DNA of 35,005 nt from Actinomycetota bacterium (lineage in GTDB: Bacteria > Actinomycetota > Acidimicrobiia > Spongiisociales > UBA5794). Below the pieces are notes generated by a model. That model was not told the origin of the DNA. It saw nothing but the letters and a program-made list of their open reading frames with translations, and did no database searches. The stretch's first letter is position 1. The number at the start of each line of letters is the position of its first letter. Positions 8,589-17,064 of the stretch are shown here, in pieces. A program made the position numbers and the translations under genes. Location: positions 1-35,005 of the forward strand of contig QMQC01000001.1 in NCBI GenBank assembly GCA_003648875.1, read 5' to 3'.

Positions 8589-9962
8589 TCAGAGACTTTC
8601 GATGAGCCGATCGACTCGTTCGTCGTACGCCCTGAACGGATCCTTGCACAGCACCGTTCTCTGAGCCTGATCGTTCAGCTTGAGATGCACCCAGTCGACG
8701 GTGAAGTCTCTACGTTTCGCCTTTGCGGCCTTGATGAACTCGCCTCGGAGACGGGCACGAGTGGTGGCTGGGGGTCGAACCATCGCTTCATTGATGGCAT
8801 CATCTGTGACGATCCTATCCATCAACCCTGCGTCCTGCATCTTGTAGAAGAGGCCCCGCTTGCGATTGACATCGTGGTAGTTGAGGTCGATGAGTGCAAG
8901 CCTGGGTGAAGACAGGGGAAGATCATGCTTGAGAATGTAACGATCCATGAGGTGACGCTTCGCTACCCAATCGACTTCGCCATGGAGCGTCATCGGATCC
9001 TTTTCAAGGCCCGTGAGCAGGTGCTCCCACATCGAGATCGCTCTTTCGATCTCAGGTGCCACTCCCGAGATACGCGCATATCTCATCACGCGTTCGAGGT
9101 ACTCCCACTGGATGTCGAGTGCAGAGAGTTCTCGTCCGTTTGCAAGCCTGACTCGCCGCCTGCATGTGATGTCGTGACTGATCTCACGGATTGCCCTGAT
9201 CGGGTTCTCGAGCGTGAGATCCCGAAACACCACCTCATCCTCGAGCATCTGGAGGAGAGCGACCGTGGCCCCGACCTTGACATACGTCGTGTATTCAGAC
9301 ATGTTCGAGTCGCCTGCGATCACATGTAGACGCCTGTATCTCTCTGCATCGGCGTGTGGTTCGTCCCTCGTGTTGATGATCGGTCTCGATCGGGTCGTTG
9401 CAGACGAACTACCCTCCCATATGTGCTCTGCGCGCTGGGCGAGGCTGTACACGGTGCCTCTTGCTGTGTTGAGCAGCTTCCCTGCCCCGGCCCAGATCTG
9501 TCTCGTAACGAGATAGGGAATCAGGGTGTCGATCGTCCGCTGAAAGTCCGCCTGTCGCCTGACGAGGTAGTTCTCGTGGCACCCGTATGAGTTCCCGGCT
9601 GAATCCGTGTTGTTTCGATACAGGTAGATGTCTCCCCGAATCCCCTCCTCCGCCAGACGGCGCTCCGCAGACTCGACGAGTCCTTCGAGTATGCGCTCCC
9701 CTGCCTTGTCGTGCGCAACAACGTCATGGAGACTGTCGCACTCCGGTGTCGCGTACTCGGGATGGCTGCCCACATCGAGGTAGAGCCGTGACCCGTTCTC
9801 GAGAAAGACGTTCGATGAACGCCCCCACGACACGACACGACGAAAGAGATAGCGCGCTACCTCGTCTGGTGAGAGACGCCGTTGCCCGCGCAGAACACAG
9901 GTGACTCCGTACTCGGTCTCGATCCCGAAAATTCTTCGTTGCACGATTTCAGCGTACAACAC
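8589..9962 (-). CDS. pafA: Pup--protein ligase PafA
   Basis: [14 protein letters not shown] and the carboxylate-amine ligase fold motifs are shared with Dop. It is the shorter paralog (457 aa), lacks the Dop insertion and is adjacent to pafBC. The GTG start at 9962 has a GGAAG Shine-Dalgarno sequence. Confidence 0.9.
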   Translation of the reverse strand: MLYAEIVQRRIFGIETEYGVTCVLRGQRRLSPDEVARYLFRRVVSWGRSSNVFLENGSRLYLDVGSHPEYATPECDSLHDVVAHDKAGERILEGLVESAERRLAEEGIRGDIYLYRNNTDSAGNSYGCHENYLVRRQADFQRTIDTLIPYLVTRQIWAGAGKLLNTARGTVYSLAQRAEHIWEGSSSATTRSRPIINTRDEPHADAERYRRLHVIAGDSNMSEYTTYVKVGATVALLQMLEDEVVFRDLTLENPIRAIREISHDITCRRRVRLANGRELSALDIQWEYLERVMRYARISGVAPEIERAISMWEHLLTGLEKDPMTLHGEVDWVAKRHLMDRYILKHDLPLSSPRLALIDLNYHDVNRKRGLFYKMQDAGLMDRIVTDDAINEAMVRPPATTRARLRGEFIKAAKAKRRDFTVDWVHLKLNDQAQRTVLCKDPFRAYDERVDRLIESL

Positions 9963-9989
9963 GAAACCGCTTCCGGGTTCCTCGAGGAA

Positions 9990-10673
9990 CTACTGCTCCG
10001 GTGCGTCTTCGAATTCCTCAACGGTGACCCTGCGGAAGGTCCGCCTCTCTCCCGCCCGGTCCAGAAAGCCTGTCTCCCAGGCGGTCGCGTCGATGCGACG
10101 ATCCTCCACCTGCTCTATGGAGGTGGTAGCGAGTCGAATCGCCTCGCTCAACGAGAGGTCCGGACGCCAGGAATCCTTGACGGACTCGGCGATGGCATCC
10201 TCACCTGCACCGAGGACGGCAGTTCGCTCTGCGTCGCGCAGCGTTCCGTCGAATTGCACACGGAAGAGCTTGTCCCCATCCATCTCGACACCGAGTTCTG
10301 CAACGATGATGTCAACCTCATAGGGCTTGACCTCGTGGCTGAAGATCTGACCGAGCGTCTGGCTGTATGCGTTCGCAAGGCTCTTGCCGGTTACATCGTC
10401 GCGGGCATACGAGAATCCTTTCAGATCCGCGTAGCGCACCCCGGCAACACGGAGGGTCTCGAACTCATTGAAACGCCCAACACCAGCAAAAGCGATTCTG
10501 TCGTATATCTCGCCGATCTTGCGCAACGATGGCGAAGAGTTCTCGCCTATCAACAGAATTCCGACGTCCAGCTGCAATACCACGATCGGTCTTCCGCGGC
10601 CGACGCCCTTCTTGGCGAAATCTGCACGGTCCTTGACCAGCTGCTCCGGAGGTACGTAGAACGGTACGGTCAT
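9990..10673 (-). CDS. prcA: 20S proteasome alpha subunit
   Basis: MTVPFYVPPEQLVKDRADFAKKGVGRG resembles the mycobacterial PrcA N-terminus. There is an ATGA overlap with the prcB stop. Confidence 0.9.
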   Translation of the reverse strand: MTVPFYVPPEQLVKDRADFAKKGVGRGRPIVVLQLDVGILLIGENSSPSLRKIGEIYDRIAFAGVGRFNEFETLRVAGVRYADLKGFSYARDDVTGKSLANAYSQTLGQIFSHEVKPYEVDIIVAELGVEMDGDKLFRVQFDGTLRDAERTAVLGAGEDAIAESVKDSWRPDLSLSEAIRLATTSIEQVEDRRIDATAWETGFLDRAGERRTFRRVTVEEFEDAPEQ

Positions 10674-11467
10674 GGGCGTCCCTCGACGACGGTCGCAGCA
10701 ATCGGGGCCAATTCGGAGTCAGAAACCTCATCAACGCCTTCCCTGGTCACGGTCACGATGTTCGGATAAATATCTCGTTTGAGGTCTGGACCCCCTGTCG
10801 CAGCATCCTCTTCTGCCGCAGCGACCAACGCTTCGACAGCCATCGACAGTGCCGCTGCGCGGTCGAGGCTCGGCTTCCATTCTGACTTCAGGAAGGACTT
10901 CGCCTCTCCACCACCGGATCCGGTTGTCGCATAGCTGAGCTCGTCGTATCGACCTCCAACGACATCGAAAGAGAACAACCTTCCGGAGTGGTCGACTTCG
11001 TCGAAACCGCAGAACAGGGGAATCACCACGAGACCCTGGAAAGCGAGAGCAAGATTCCCCCTGATCATGCGAGCGAGAAAGTTGGCCTTGCCTTCAAGGC
11101 TCAACCGCGACCCCTCGATCTTCTCGTAATGTTCGAGCTCCGTCTGGAAGAGCTTGATGAGCTCCACTGCCATCCCAGCCGTACCCGCGATTGCTACGGC
11201 TGAGTATTCGTCCGCTGGATAGACCTTGCGAACGCGTCGATGCGCGATCAGGTTTCCTGCCGTTGCTCGCCGATCACCAGCCATGAGCACGCCATCTGCC
11301 CAGGTCAGCGCGAGGACCGTGGTCGCCTCGGGTATCGCATCCTTCGGAGGGGTATCGAATCGCCACTCCGGGACGAGTCCACGATGCTCGAGGACCGACA
11401 TGAACGACCCGGCATCGATCGGCTCACCGATCCGAAGAGGGCCGATCCCGACCCCTTCAGAGTTCAC
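10670..11467 (-). CDS. prcB: 20S proteasome beta subunit with propeptide
   Basis: A propeptide is followed by TTVLALTWADGVLMAGDRRAT, which carries the catalytic Thr after processing. The GTG start overlaps the pup stop (GTGA). Confidence 0.9.
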   Translation of the reverse strand: MNSEGVGIGPLRIGEPIDAGSFMSVLEHRGLVPEWRFDTPPKDAIPEATTVLALTWADGVLMAGDRRATAGNLIAHRRVRKVYPADEYSAVAIAGTAGMAVELIKLFQTELEHYEKIEGSRLSLEGKANFLARMIRGNLALAFQGLVVIPLFCGFDEVDHSGRLFSFDVVGGRYDELSYATTGSGGGEAKSFLKSEWKPSLDRAAALSMAVEALVAAAEEDAATGGPDLKRDIYPNIVTVTREGVDEVSDSELAPIAATVVEGRP

Positions 11468-11649
11468 TCGCCGCCCTTCTGGACATAGTTCTTGACGAAC
11501 TCCTCGGCATTCTCCTCGAGCACGGTGTCGATCTCGTCGAGCAGATCGTCGATCTTCTCTGCAACTTCCTCGCCCCTCGCTTGCGGTGCGTCCTGGGCGT
11601 CCTCCTGGGGGACCTTGCTCGTCTTCGATCGTCTTTCGCGTTCAGTCAT
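11464..11649 (-). CDS. pup: Prokaryotic ubiquitin-like protein Pup (GGE C-terminus)
   Basis: A 61-aa acidic, disordered-type sequence ending in YVQKGGE. It lies between dop and prcB. There is an 8-nt overlap with the dop 3' end. Confidence 0.9.
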   Translation of the reverse strand: MTERERRSKTSKVPQEDAQDAPQARGEEVAEKIDDLLDEIDTVLEENAEEFVKNYVQKGGE

Positions 11650-13126
11650 CGGCCTCTCCGAGGTTGTCGATCAGCGTGGCTGCGTCTGGACTTGCATCCA
11701 ACAGTTCTTCGACGAGGGCCCTCGACCCTCGAAGTGGTTCCATCATAGGGACACGAACAAGGGTCGATCGACCGATGTCGAACACAAGCGAGTCCCAGTT
11801 CGCCGCCACGACCTGATCGGGATACCGTTTCAGACACTCGCCCCTGAACCAGGCGCGGGTCGTTGGGGGCGGCGACGATGCGGCAACCTTGACCTCTTCA
11901 TCACTGAACAGCCGCCTGATGGCTCCGCGCGCTACAAGACGGTGATACAACCCGCGGGATGGATCAATGTCGTGGTACTGGAGATCCAAGAGCGCGAACT
12001 TCGGATCGGACCAATCAAGCCCGTCGCGTTCACGGAATGCTTCCATGATCGACAGCTTCGCCGCCCAATCCAAGCGATCAGCGACGGCTGCATATCCCAG
12101 GGTCAGATCCTCGAGAAGTGCGCGCCACTCCGTCAGCACCTGTTTGTATGCGGGCAGCAGGTCGGAGGATCCGACGTACTCCTCGAGGTGTGTCAGGTAT
12201 TGCCACTGCAACTCTGTGGCAGTCGTGCGCTCGCCGTGGACAAGGTGGAGAGAAGCGTCGCCCGAGGTGTCATGGGAGACCCTCGTGATGGCTTCAACGG
12301 GTTTGATCAATCGAATCGGCTCACCGAGGGCCTGATCTGCGAGTGCCATGAGCATGAGCGACGTCGAACCGAGTTTGACGAACGTCTGAACCTCGGACAT
12401 CGTCGCGTCCCCGAAGATGACATGCAGTCTTCTGTATTTTGCGGGGTCGGCGTGGGGTTCGTCGCGCGTGTTCACGATCGGGCGCTTCAGCGTGGTTTCG
12501 AGACCGACTTCCTCTTCAAAGAAGTCTGCACGTTGCGTGAGTTGATACGGAACCGTCGGCCGCCCATGCTCCGAGCCCACCTTCCCTGACCCCGTCAGGA
12601 TCTGTCTGGAGACGAGAAAGGTCGTCATCTGGTGCACGATCTCACCGAAGGGCACCGATCTCGGTACGAGATAGTTCTCATGTGCCCCGTATGAATTGCC
12701 CTTTCCATCAGAGTTGTTCTTGTGAATCAGCATCCGTTGGCCATCTCTGAGAGATCTATTCACACGACTTGACGCCTTGTACATGATGAGTTCGCCAGCC
12801 TTGTCGTACAACGTTGCTTCGAGTGGGTCTGCGCACTCCGGCGTGGAGTATTCCGGATGGGCGTGATCGACATAGAGGCGCGCCCCGTTGTGAAGCACCG
12901 CGTTGACCAATCCCGAGTCCGTCTCATCGATCGGCGTCTCGCGCAGGGAGAATCCCCTCGCGTCGCGTCCAGGAGACTCATCGTCGTAGGACCATCTGAT
13001 GCGGTCGGCGCCCTCTGCGTGAGCATCGACCACTGCAGCAGACGCGGTTACAGGATTGAAGGAAGGATCATTCGTGATCGTTATCCCATACTCGACCTCT
13101 GTGCCGAGGACCTGAGGTTCAGTCAT
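11642..13126 (-). CDS. dop: Depupylase/deamidase Dop
   Basis: LGTEVEYGI, LYVDHAHPEYSTPEC, RRLHVIFGD and the Dop-specific insertion relative to PafA are present. The length is 494 aa and it lies immediately upstream of pup. Confidence 0.9.
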   Translation of the reverse strand: MTEPQVLGTEVEYGITITNDPSFNPVTASAAVVDAHAEGADRIRWSYDDESPGRDARGFSLRETPIDETDSGLVNAVLHNGARLYVDHAHPEYSTPECADPLEATLYDKAGELIMYKASSRVNRSLRDGQRMLIHKNNSDGKGNSYGAHENYLVPRSVPFGEIVHQMTTFLVSRQILTGSGKVGSEHGRPTVPYQLTQRADFFEEEVGLETTLKRPIVNTRDEPHADPAKYRRLHVIFGDATMSEVQTFVKLGSTSLMLMALADQALGEPIRLIKPVEAITRVSHDTSGDASLHLVHGERTTATELQWQYLTHLEEYVGSSDLLPAYKQVLTEWRALLEDLTLGYAAVADRLDWAAKLSIMEAFRERDGLDWSDPKFALLDLQYHDIDPSRGLYHRLVARGAIRRLFSDEEVKVAASSPPPTTRAWFRGECLKRYPDQVVAANWDSLVFDIGRSTLVRVPMMEPLRGSRALVEELLDASPDAATLIDNLGEADD

Positions 13127-13128
13127 GA

Positions 13129-14841
13129 TCAGAGGTATTGGCCCGGCGACACGCCCTCAATGGCGCGTTGCTCCCCGTCACCCTCGATGAGCGTTCGCAC
13201 ATACACGATTCTCTCACCCTTCTTGCCGGAGATACGTGCCCAATCATCCGGATTCGTGGTGTTCGGCAGATCCTCATGCTCCCGGAACTCCTGTTGAACG
13301 GCATTGAGGAGGTCCTGAAGCTTCAAGCCTCGTGTGCCGGCTGCAATCTCCCTTTTGATGGCGTCCTTCTTTGCTCTTCGTACGATGTTCTCGATCATCG
13401 CCCCTGATGCAAAGTCTTTGAAGTAGAGCTCTTCACGATCTCCATTGGCATAGGTGACCTCGAGGAAGCGATTCTGTGGGCCCTCGGTGAACATTGCTTC
13501 CGCGGTCTTGTCTACCGCGTTCGCGAGGAAGGCCTCGATGGACCCAAACACTTCGATCTCGGACTCGTCGTAGGGAAGGCCCTTGGTGAGGTAGATCGCG
13601 TAGATCTTTCGGGCTGCATCTTCGTCTGGCCTTTCGATCTTGATCTTCACATCCAGCCTCCCAGGCCGGAGGATCGCGGGGTCGATGAGATCTTCTCTGT
13701 TCGATGCTCCGATGACTATGACGTTCTTGAGAGACTCGACGCCGTCGAGCTCGCTGAGTAGCTGTGGAACGATCGTCGATTCGACATCCGACGACACGCC
13801 GGTTCCACGAGTCCGGAAGAGCGAGTCCATCTCGTCGAAGAACACGATCACCGGCACGCCCTCATCCGATTTCTCCTTCGCCCGTTGGAATATCAAACGA
13901 ATCTGGCGTTCAGTCTCCCCAACGTACTTGTTGAGCAGCTCGGGTCCCTTGATGTTCAAGAAGTACGAACGCGTATCGGCCGAACCTGTGCTTTCGGCAA
14001 CAGTCCTTGCAAGAGAGTTGGCGACCGCTTTGGCGATAAGTGTCTTGCCACATCCGGGGGGCCCATAGAGCAGCACACCCTTTGGAGCCTGCAAGCTGTA
14101 CAGCTCAAAGCGTTCACGATGGAGGTACGGAAGCTCAACAGCGTCCTGGATGGTCTCTATCTGCGTGTCGAGACCACCAATGTCCGTATAGGTGATATCT
14201 GGGACCTCTTCGAGGATCAGTTCCTCGACCTCGGGCCGAGCGAGCCTCTCAAGGACGATCCCGGTCTTTGTATCCAATCTGACGAGATCGCCGGCTCTCA
14301 GATACACCTCGTGGACGGGCGCCCCGCGCGTCACAACGCGCTCCTCATCGCCCCTTCCAAGCACGACCAAACGATCTTCACCGAGTAACTCCTTGATGGT
14401 TGCGATGTCACCGGTCGATTCGAAGGCGCGCACGTCGACGATGTTGAAAGCCTCGTTCAGAATGACTTCCTGGCCGCGTTCAAGTGCCTTGATCTCAACC
14501 GTCGGTTCGACCGCGACCCTCAGCTTTCGACCGGAAGCCAGTACATCGACCGTCCCATCCACGTTGATACCTATCACGGTGCCAAAAGGATTCGGCGGCG
14601 CGGTCAGTTTCTCGACCTCGTCCCGCAGGAGTGCAAGCTGTTCGCGCGTCTCGGTCAGAACAGTTGCAAGCTTCTCGTTCTGGTTCGTGACCTGCGCCAG
14701 CTGATTGCGAACGTCGAGGAGGCGCTCTTCGAGGAGACGTACCCGGCGAGGTGCGTCGTGAAGCCTGCGCCGCAGCACGGCGATCTCCTCCTCGAGCATC
14801 TGAACTGTTGGCCGATTCCCTGATGTCTCTGTCTCTGACAT
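13129..14841 (-). CDS. mpa: Proteasome-associated AAA ATPase Mpa/ARC
   Basis: N-terminal coiled coil ([12 protein letters not shown]...), Walker A GPPGCGKT, Walker [10 protein letters not shown], and a C-terminal GQYL proteasome-docking motif. The ATG at 14841 has a GAGGAGG Shine-Dalgarno sequence. The 142 Arg-rich upstream codons of the tracked ORF are antisense to the ferredoxin gene and are treated as spurious. Confidence 0.9.
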   Translation of the reverse strand: MSETETSGNRPTVQMLEEEIAVLRRRLHDAPRRVRLLEERLLDVRNQLAQVTNQNEKLATVLTETREQLALLRDEVEKLTAPPNPFGTVIGINVDGTVDVLASGRKLRVAVEPTVEIKALERGQEVILNEAFNIVDVRAFESTGDIATIKELLGEDRLVVLGRGDEERVVTRGAPVHEVYLRAGDLVRLDTKTGIVLERLARPEVEELILEEVPDITYTDIGGLDTQIETIQDAVELPYLHRERFELYSLQAPKGVLLYGPPGCGKTLIAKAVANSLARTVAESTGSADTRSYFLNIKGPELLNKYVGETERQIRLIFQRAKEKSDEGVPVIVFFDEMDSLFRTRGTGVSSDVESTIVPQLLSELDGVESLKNVIVIGASNREDLIDPAILRPGRLDVKIKIERPDEDAARKIYAIYLTKGLPYDESEIEVFGSIEAFLANAVDKTAEAMFTEGPQNRFLEVTYANGDREELYFKDFASGAMIENIVRRAKKDAIKREIAAGTRGLKLQDLLNAVQQEFREHEDLPNTTNPDDWARISGKKGERIVYVRTLIEGDGEQRAIEGVSPGQYL

Positions 14842-14987
14842 CTCGACCTCCTCAACCAGTCGATCGCCGCGTGTTCCCTCGATTCGAGTGTAGGACACGA
14901 ATCTGTCAATATCGGACGTTCCGCCGCTAGATTGACGCCGGCGTTCATTGCAGTGAGCCCGACGAGAACTCTCACAAAGGAAAGAAG

Positions 14988-15233
14988 ATGAAGGTCTGGA
15001 TCGATCAGGATCTTTGTACCGGCGACGGACTCTGCGAAGAGATCGCGCCTGACGTGTTCGTGATGCTCGATGACGGGCTCGCATACGTGAAGGAAGGCGA
15101 CAAGATCTTTGCCGAATCAGAGGACAATCCCGAAGGTGCGAAAGGCATGGCAAGCTTCGCCGATGATCAGATGGAATTGGTCGTTGAATCTGCCGAGGAG
15201 TGCCCGGGAGAATGTATCTACATCGAACCGTAG
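14988..15233 (+). CDS. Small single-cluster ferredoxin
   Basis: [24 protein letters not shown]...ECPGECI shows the CxxxGxC...CP pattern of actinobacterial 3Fe-4S/4Fe-4S ferredoxins. An AAGGAAAG Shine-Dalgarno sequence precedes the ATG. Confidence 0.75.
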   Translation: MKVWIDQDLCTGDGLCEEIAPDVFVMLDDGLAYVKEGDKIFAESEDNPEGAKGMASFADDQMELVVESAEECPGECIYIEP

Positions 15234-15248
15234 AACCGCCTGCGGTTC
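15233..15248 (+). terminator. Hairpin just after the ferredoxin stop (possible terminator between convergent genes)
   Basis: GAACCGcctgCGGTTC forms a 6-bp stem and 4-nt loop overlapping the TAG stop. There is no U-tract, so the call is weak. Confidence 0.3.
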
Positions 15249-15285
15249 GATGAGGTCCAGCCCCCATGCGAGGGCAGGCCTCATC

Positions 15286-16113
15286 TCATAGTGCGGGCTG
15301 GGCAGTCGATCCCACCGCTGGTTCACGCAGTGACTTGCGTGAGACGGTCAGGAAGCCCGTGTGACCGACCATGCGATGATCAGGCCTCACACTTCGACCC
15401 TCGACCGTCCAGGATCGCATCAAGATCTCGAATGTCGCTGATCCGCTGAACGACCTGGAGTCCGACAGAGCCTCCCTCACCTGTTGGACCTGTGGGACCG
15501 TGGGCAGGTAGCACGCAAAGCCACCGCCCCCCGACAGCACGTCAGCGGCGATCGGCACGCAATCCCAGGGCTCCGGAATGTCGAGCACGATCCGATCCGG
15601 TTTGAGTCCGATGAGAACCTCCTCGACCTCGCCGATCCTCAGATCGACATTGTCAGGCACGGCTCCCGCGAACGATTCGATGAGACGTCTTGCGTGCTTC
15701 GCGTGGTCCTCGCGCCGTTCGACGCTGATGATCATCCCGTCCGGACCGACTGCCCTGGACAAGGTGAGAGTCAGCGCTCCGGAGCCAGTTCCCGCTTCGA
15801 CCACCACACATCCCGGCGCTATGTCTGCCCAGGTGACCAACGCACCGGCGTCCTTCGGATACATGACGGCCGCGCCGCGCTTCATCCGCAGAACGTGATC
15901 CGCGAGCCTCGGTCGCATTGCAACCACGAGTACACCCCTCGATGACCGAACGGTTGAACCTTCGGGGCACCCGATGATGTCCCCGTGGGGAATCGTTCCC
16001 CTGTCGAATTGGAAGGTCTTGGATGAATCGAGAGTAATAAGGAACTCGCGATCCTTCGGGTCCGAAAGCAGACACGCCTCGCCCTCGACGAATTCATCGC
16101 CCGTTCGAGTCAT
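15286..16113 (-). CDS. trmI: tRNA (adenine58-N1)-methyltransferase TrmI (GCD14 family)
   Basis: An N-terminal beta-domain (GEACLLSDPKDREFLITL...GTIPHGDIIG) is followed by a SAM-MTase motif (VVEAGTGSGALTLTL). It has the same neighbourhood as Rv2118c. The ATG at 16113 overlaps an upstream mini-ORF stop (ATGA). Confidence 0.8.
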   Translation of the reverse strand: MTRTGDEFVEGEACLLSDPKDREFLITLDSSKTFQFDRGTIPHGDIIGCPEGSTVRSSRGVLVVAMRPRLADHVLRMKRGAAVMYPKDAGALVTWADIAPGCVVVEAGTGSGALTLTLSRAVGPDGMIISVERREDHAKHARRLIESFAGAVPDNVDLRIGEVEEVLIGLKPDRIVLDIPEPWDCVPIAADVLSGGGGFACYLPTVPQVQQVREALSDSRSFSGSATFEILMRSWTVEGRSVRPDHRMVGHTGFLTVSRKSLREPAVGSTAQPAL

Positions 16114-16211
16114 CCCAGCGTCGGAAGAAGCGCAGCCATCAGTGTGAGGACCATCATCGCAACGACCACCCAAATGACGATACGTACCCAATTCTGGTTT
16201 CCGCCATACAT
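16110..16211 (-). CDS. Candidate 33-aa hydrophobic mini-protein (not in ORF track)
   Basis: MYGGNQNWVRIVIWVVVAMMVLTLMAALLPTLG. A GGAGG sequence lies 6 nt upstream of the ATG at 16211, and the stop overlaps the trmI ATG (ATGA). It has one predicted transmembrane helix. Confidence 0.35.
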   Translation of the reverse strand: MYGGNQNWVRIVIWVVVAMMVLTLMAALLPTLG

Positions 16212-16212
16212 T

Positions 16213-16410
16213 TCAGCCTCCGATAGGTCCGTCGTGGATGACGTCTGTGCCTAGAAACACCTTGATCCTCGTGTTCGTCCCCGGCTCGAGGATCCCTCCA
16301 TAGAGGATCTTCCTTTTCTTGCTCCGTTTGAGTACGAGTCCGGCACCGACAAGTCCGATGCCGACCATTGTCTGGGTCGACGTCCGTGACTTCCCTGAGG
16401 TCGCGGTCAT
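16213..16410 (-). CDS. Candidate small membrane protein (start uncertain)
   Basis: Part of tracked ORF 16213..16530: MTATSGKSRTSTQTMVGIGLVGAGLVLKRSKKRKILYGGILEPGTNTRIKVFLGTDVIHDGPIGG. G/C is enriched at third codon positions by eye. No clear Shine-Dalgarno sequence exists for any start, and a second frame is equally G/C-rich at 16380-16460. Confidence 0.25.
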   Translation of the reverse strand: MTATSGKSRTSTQTMVGIGLVGAGLVLKRSKKRKILYGGILEPGTNTRIKVFLGTDVIHDGPIGG

Positions 16411-16481
16411 CCAACCGAATCTGGTGAGTGGATGAAAACGGGCCCACCACCAGCGGCTGAGCACGTTTCGAAGCGAAGGCG

Positions 16482-16676
16482 TCACGTCCTGTATACCTCG
16501 ACATGGATGCGCGAGCGCTTCGAGCGCCATACGACGAGAGCAACGAGGCCGATAACAATGACACCAGCCACCACAGCGACTGTGACCATGTTCGACTTCG
16601 CTTCTTCCTCCACGTCGATGACGACCCCCTCGATCTCCCTGAGCTTTGCCTCAAGGTCAGCCTTCTGAACAGTCAT
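16482..16676 (-). CDS. Small membrane-anchored coiled-coil protein (DUF3618-like architecture)
   Basis: MTVQKADLEAKLREIEGVVIDVEEEAKS is followed by the transmembrane segment VTVAVVAGVIVIGLVALVVW. The ATG overlaps the stop of the upstream holin-like gene (ATGA). Confidence 0.5.
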   Translation of the reverse strand: MTVQKADLEAKLREIEGVVIDVEEEAKSNMVTVAVVAGVIVIGLVALVVWRSKRSRIHVEVYRT

Positions 16677-17035
16677 GTCTGATCTCCTGATTCATGTGGC
16701 TGGCTTGGTACGTCATGAACTCCTCGGTCCGGAACGAGTTTGATCAGAAGTGCACCGAATCCCACCAACGCGAATGTGAAGAGCACATAGCCGAGAGCCT
16801 CCCAGTAGGCCCCTGAAGGCATGACTCCGATGAGCGCGCGAAGGCCGGCGACTGACAACAGGACCAGTGCAACCGCCCACAGGGCAGCGGCACCGATCGA
16901 GTACCCAGCGAAGTGTCCGAGCCTCTTTGCAGGCTCCACCGTCTCTTGGAGCAGATACTCTTTTGCGAGTTCAACGAACTCGCTTGTGAGCCCGGGTATG
17001 TCTTGTAGCTGAGCCATGGTCCCCACTATCGACAC
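16673..17035 (-). CDS. Membrane protein, actinobacterial Holin-X/phage-holin-family-like
   Basis: An amphipathic N-terminus (FVELAKEYLLQETVEPAKRLG) is followed by two transmembrane helices, which is the typical layout of proteins annotated as phage holin family (Holin-X). The start is either GTG at 17035 or ATG at 17017. Confidence 0.55.
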   Translation of the reverse strand: MSIVGTMAQLQDIPGLTSEFVELAKEYLLQETVEPAKRLGHFAGYSIGAAALWAVALVLLSVAGLRALIGVMPSGAYWEALGYVLFTFALVGFGALLIKLVPDRGVHDVPSQPHESGDQT

Positions 17036-17064
17036 CGTCAGGCTAACGGACCAGCTGTTACTCC

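Noticed and set aside
10456-10472. TCGAAC half-sites (also near 7918, 24105 and 27770) as possible LexA SOS boxes.
   Set aside because: None has the palindromic partner GTTCGA at the correct 4-nt spacing, and all are intragenic.
14842-15267. A 142-codon N-terminal extension of the mpa ORF (tracked as 13129..15267, 712 aa).
   Set aside because: The extension is Arg/Ser/Pro-rich low-complexity sequence and lies antisense to a well-formed ferredoxin gene. The ATG at 14841 has a strong GAGGAGG Shine-Dalgarno sequence and gives the expected coiled-coil N-terminus and a length of about 570 aa.
2639-16113. Whether the WYL-domain genes plus helicase could be a defence island (WYL regulators and helicases are common in defence loci).
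   Set aside because: The gene order is the conserved housekeeping helY-tatCA-pafCBA arrangement. No nuclease, methyltransferase, toxin or mobile-element genes accompany them.
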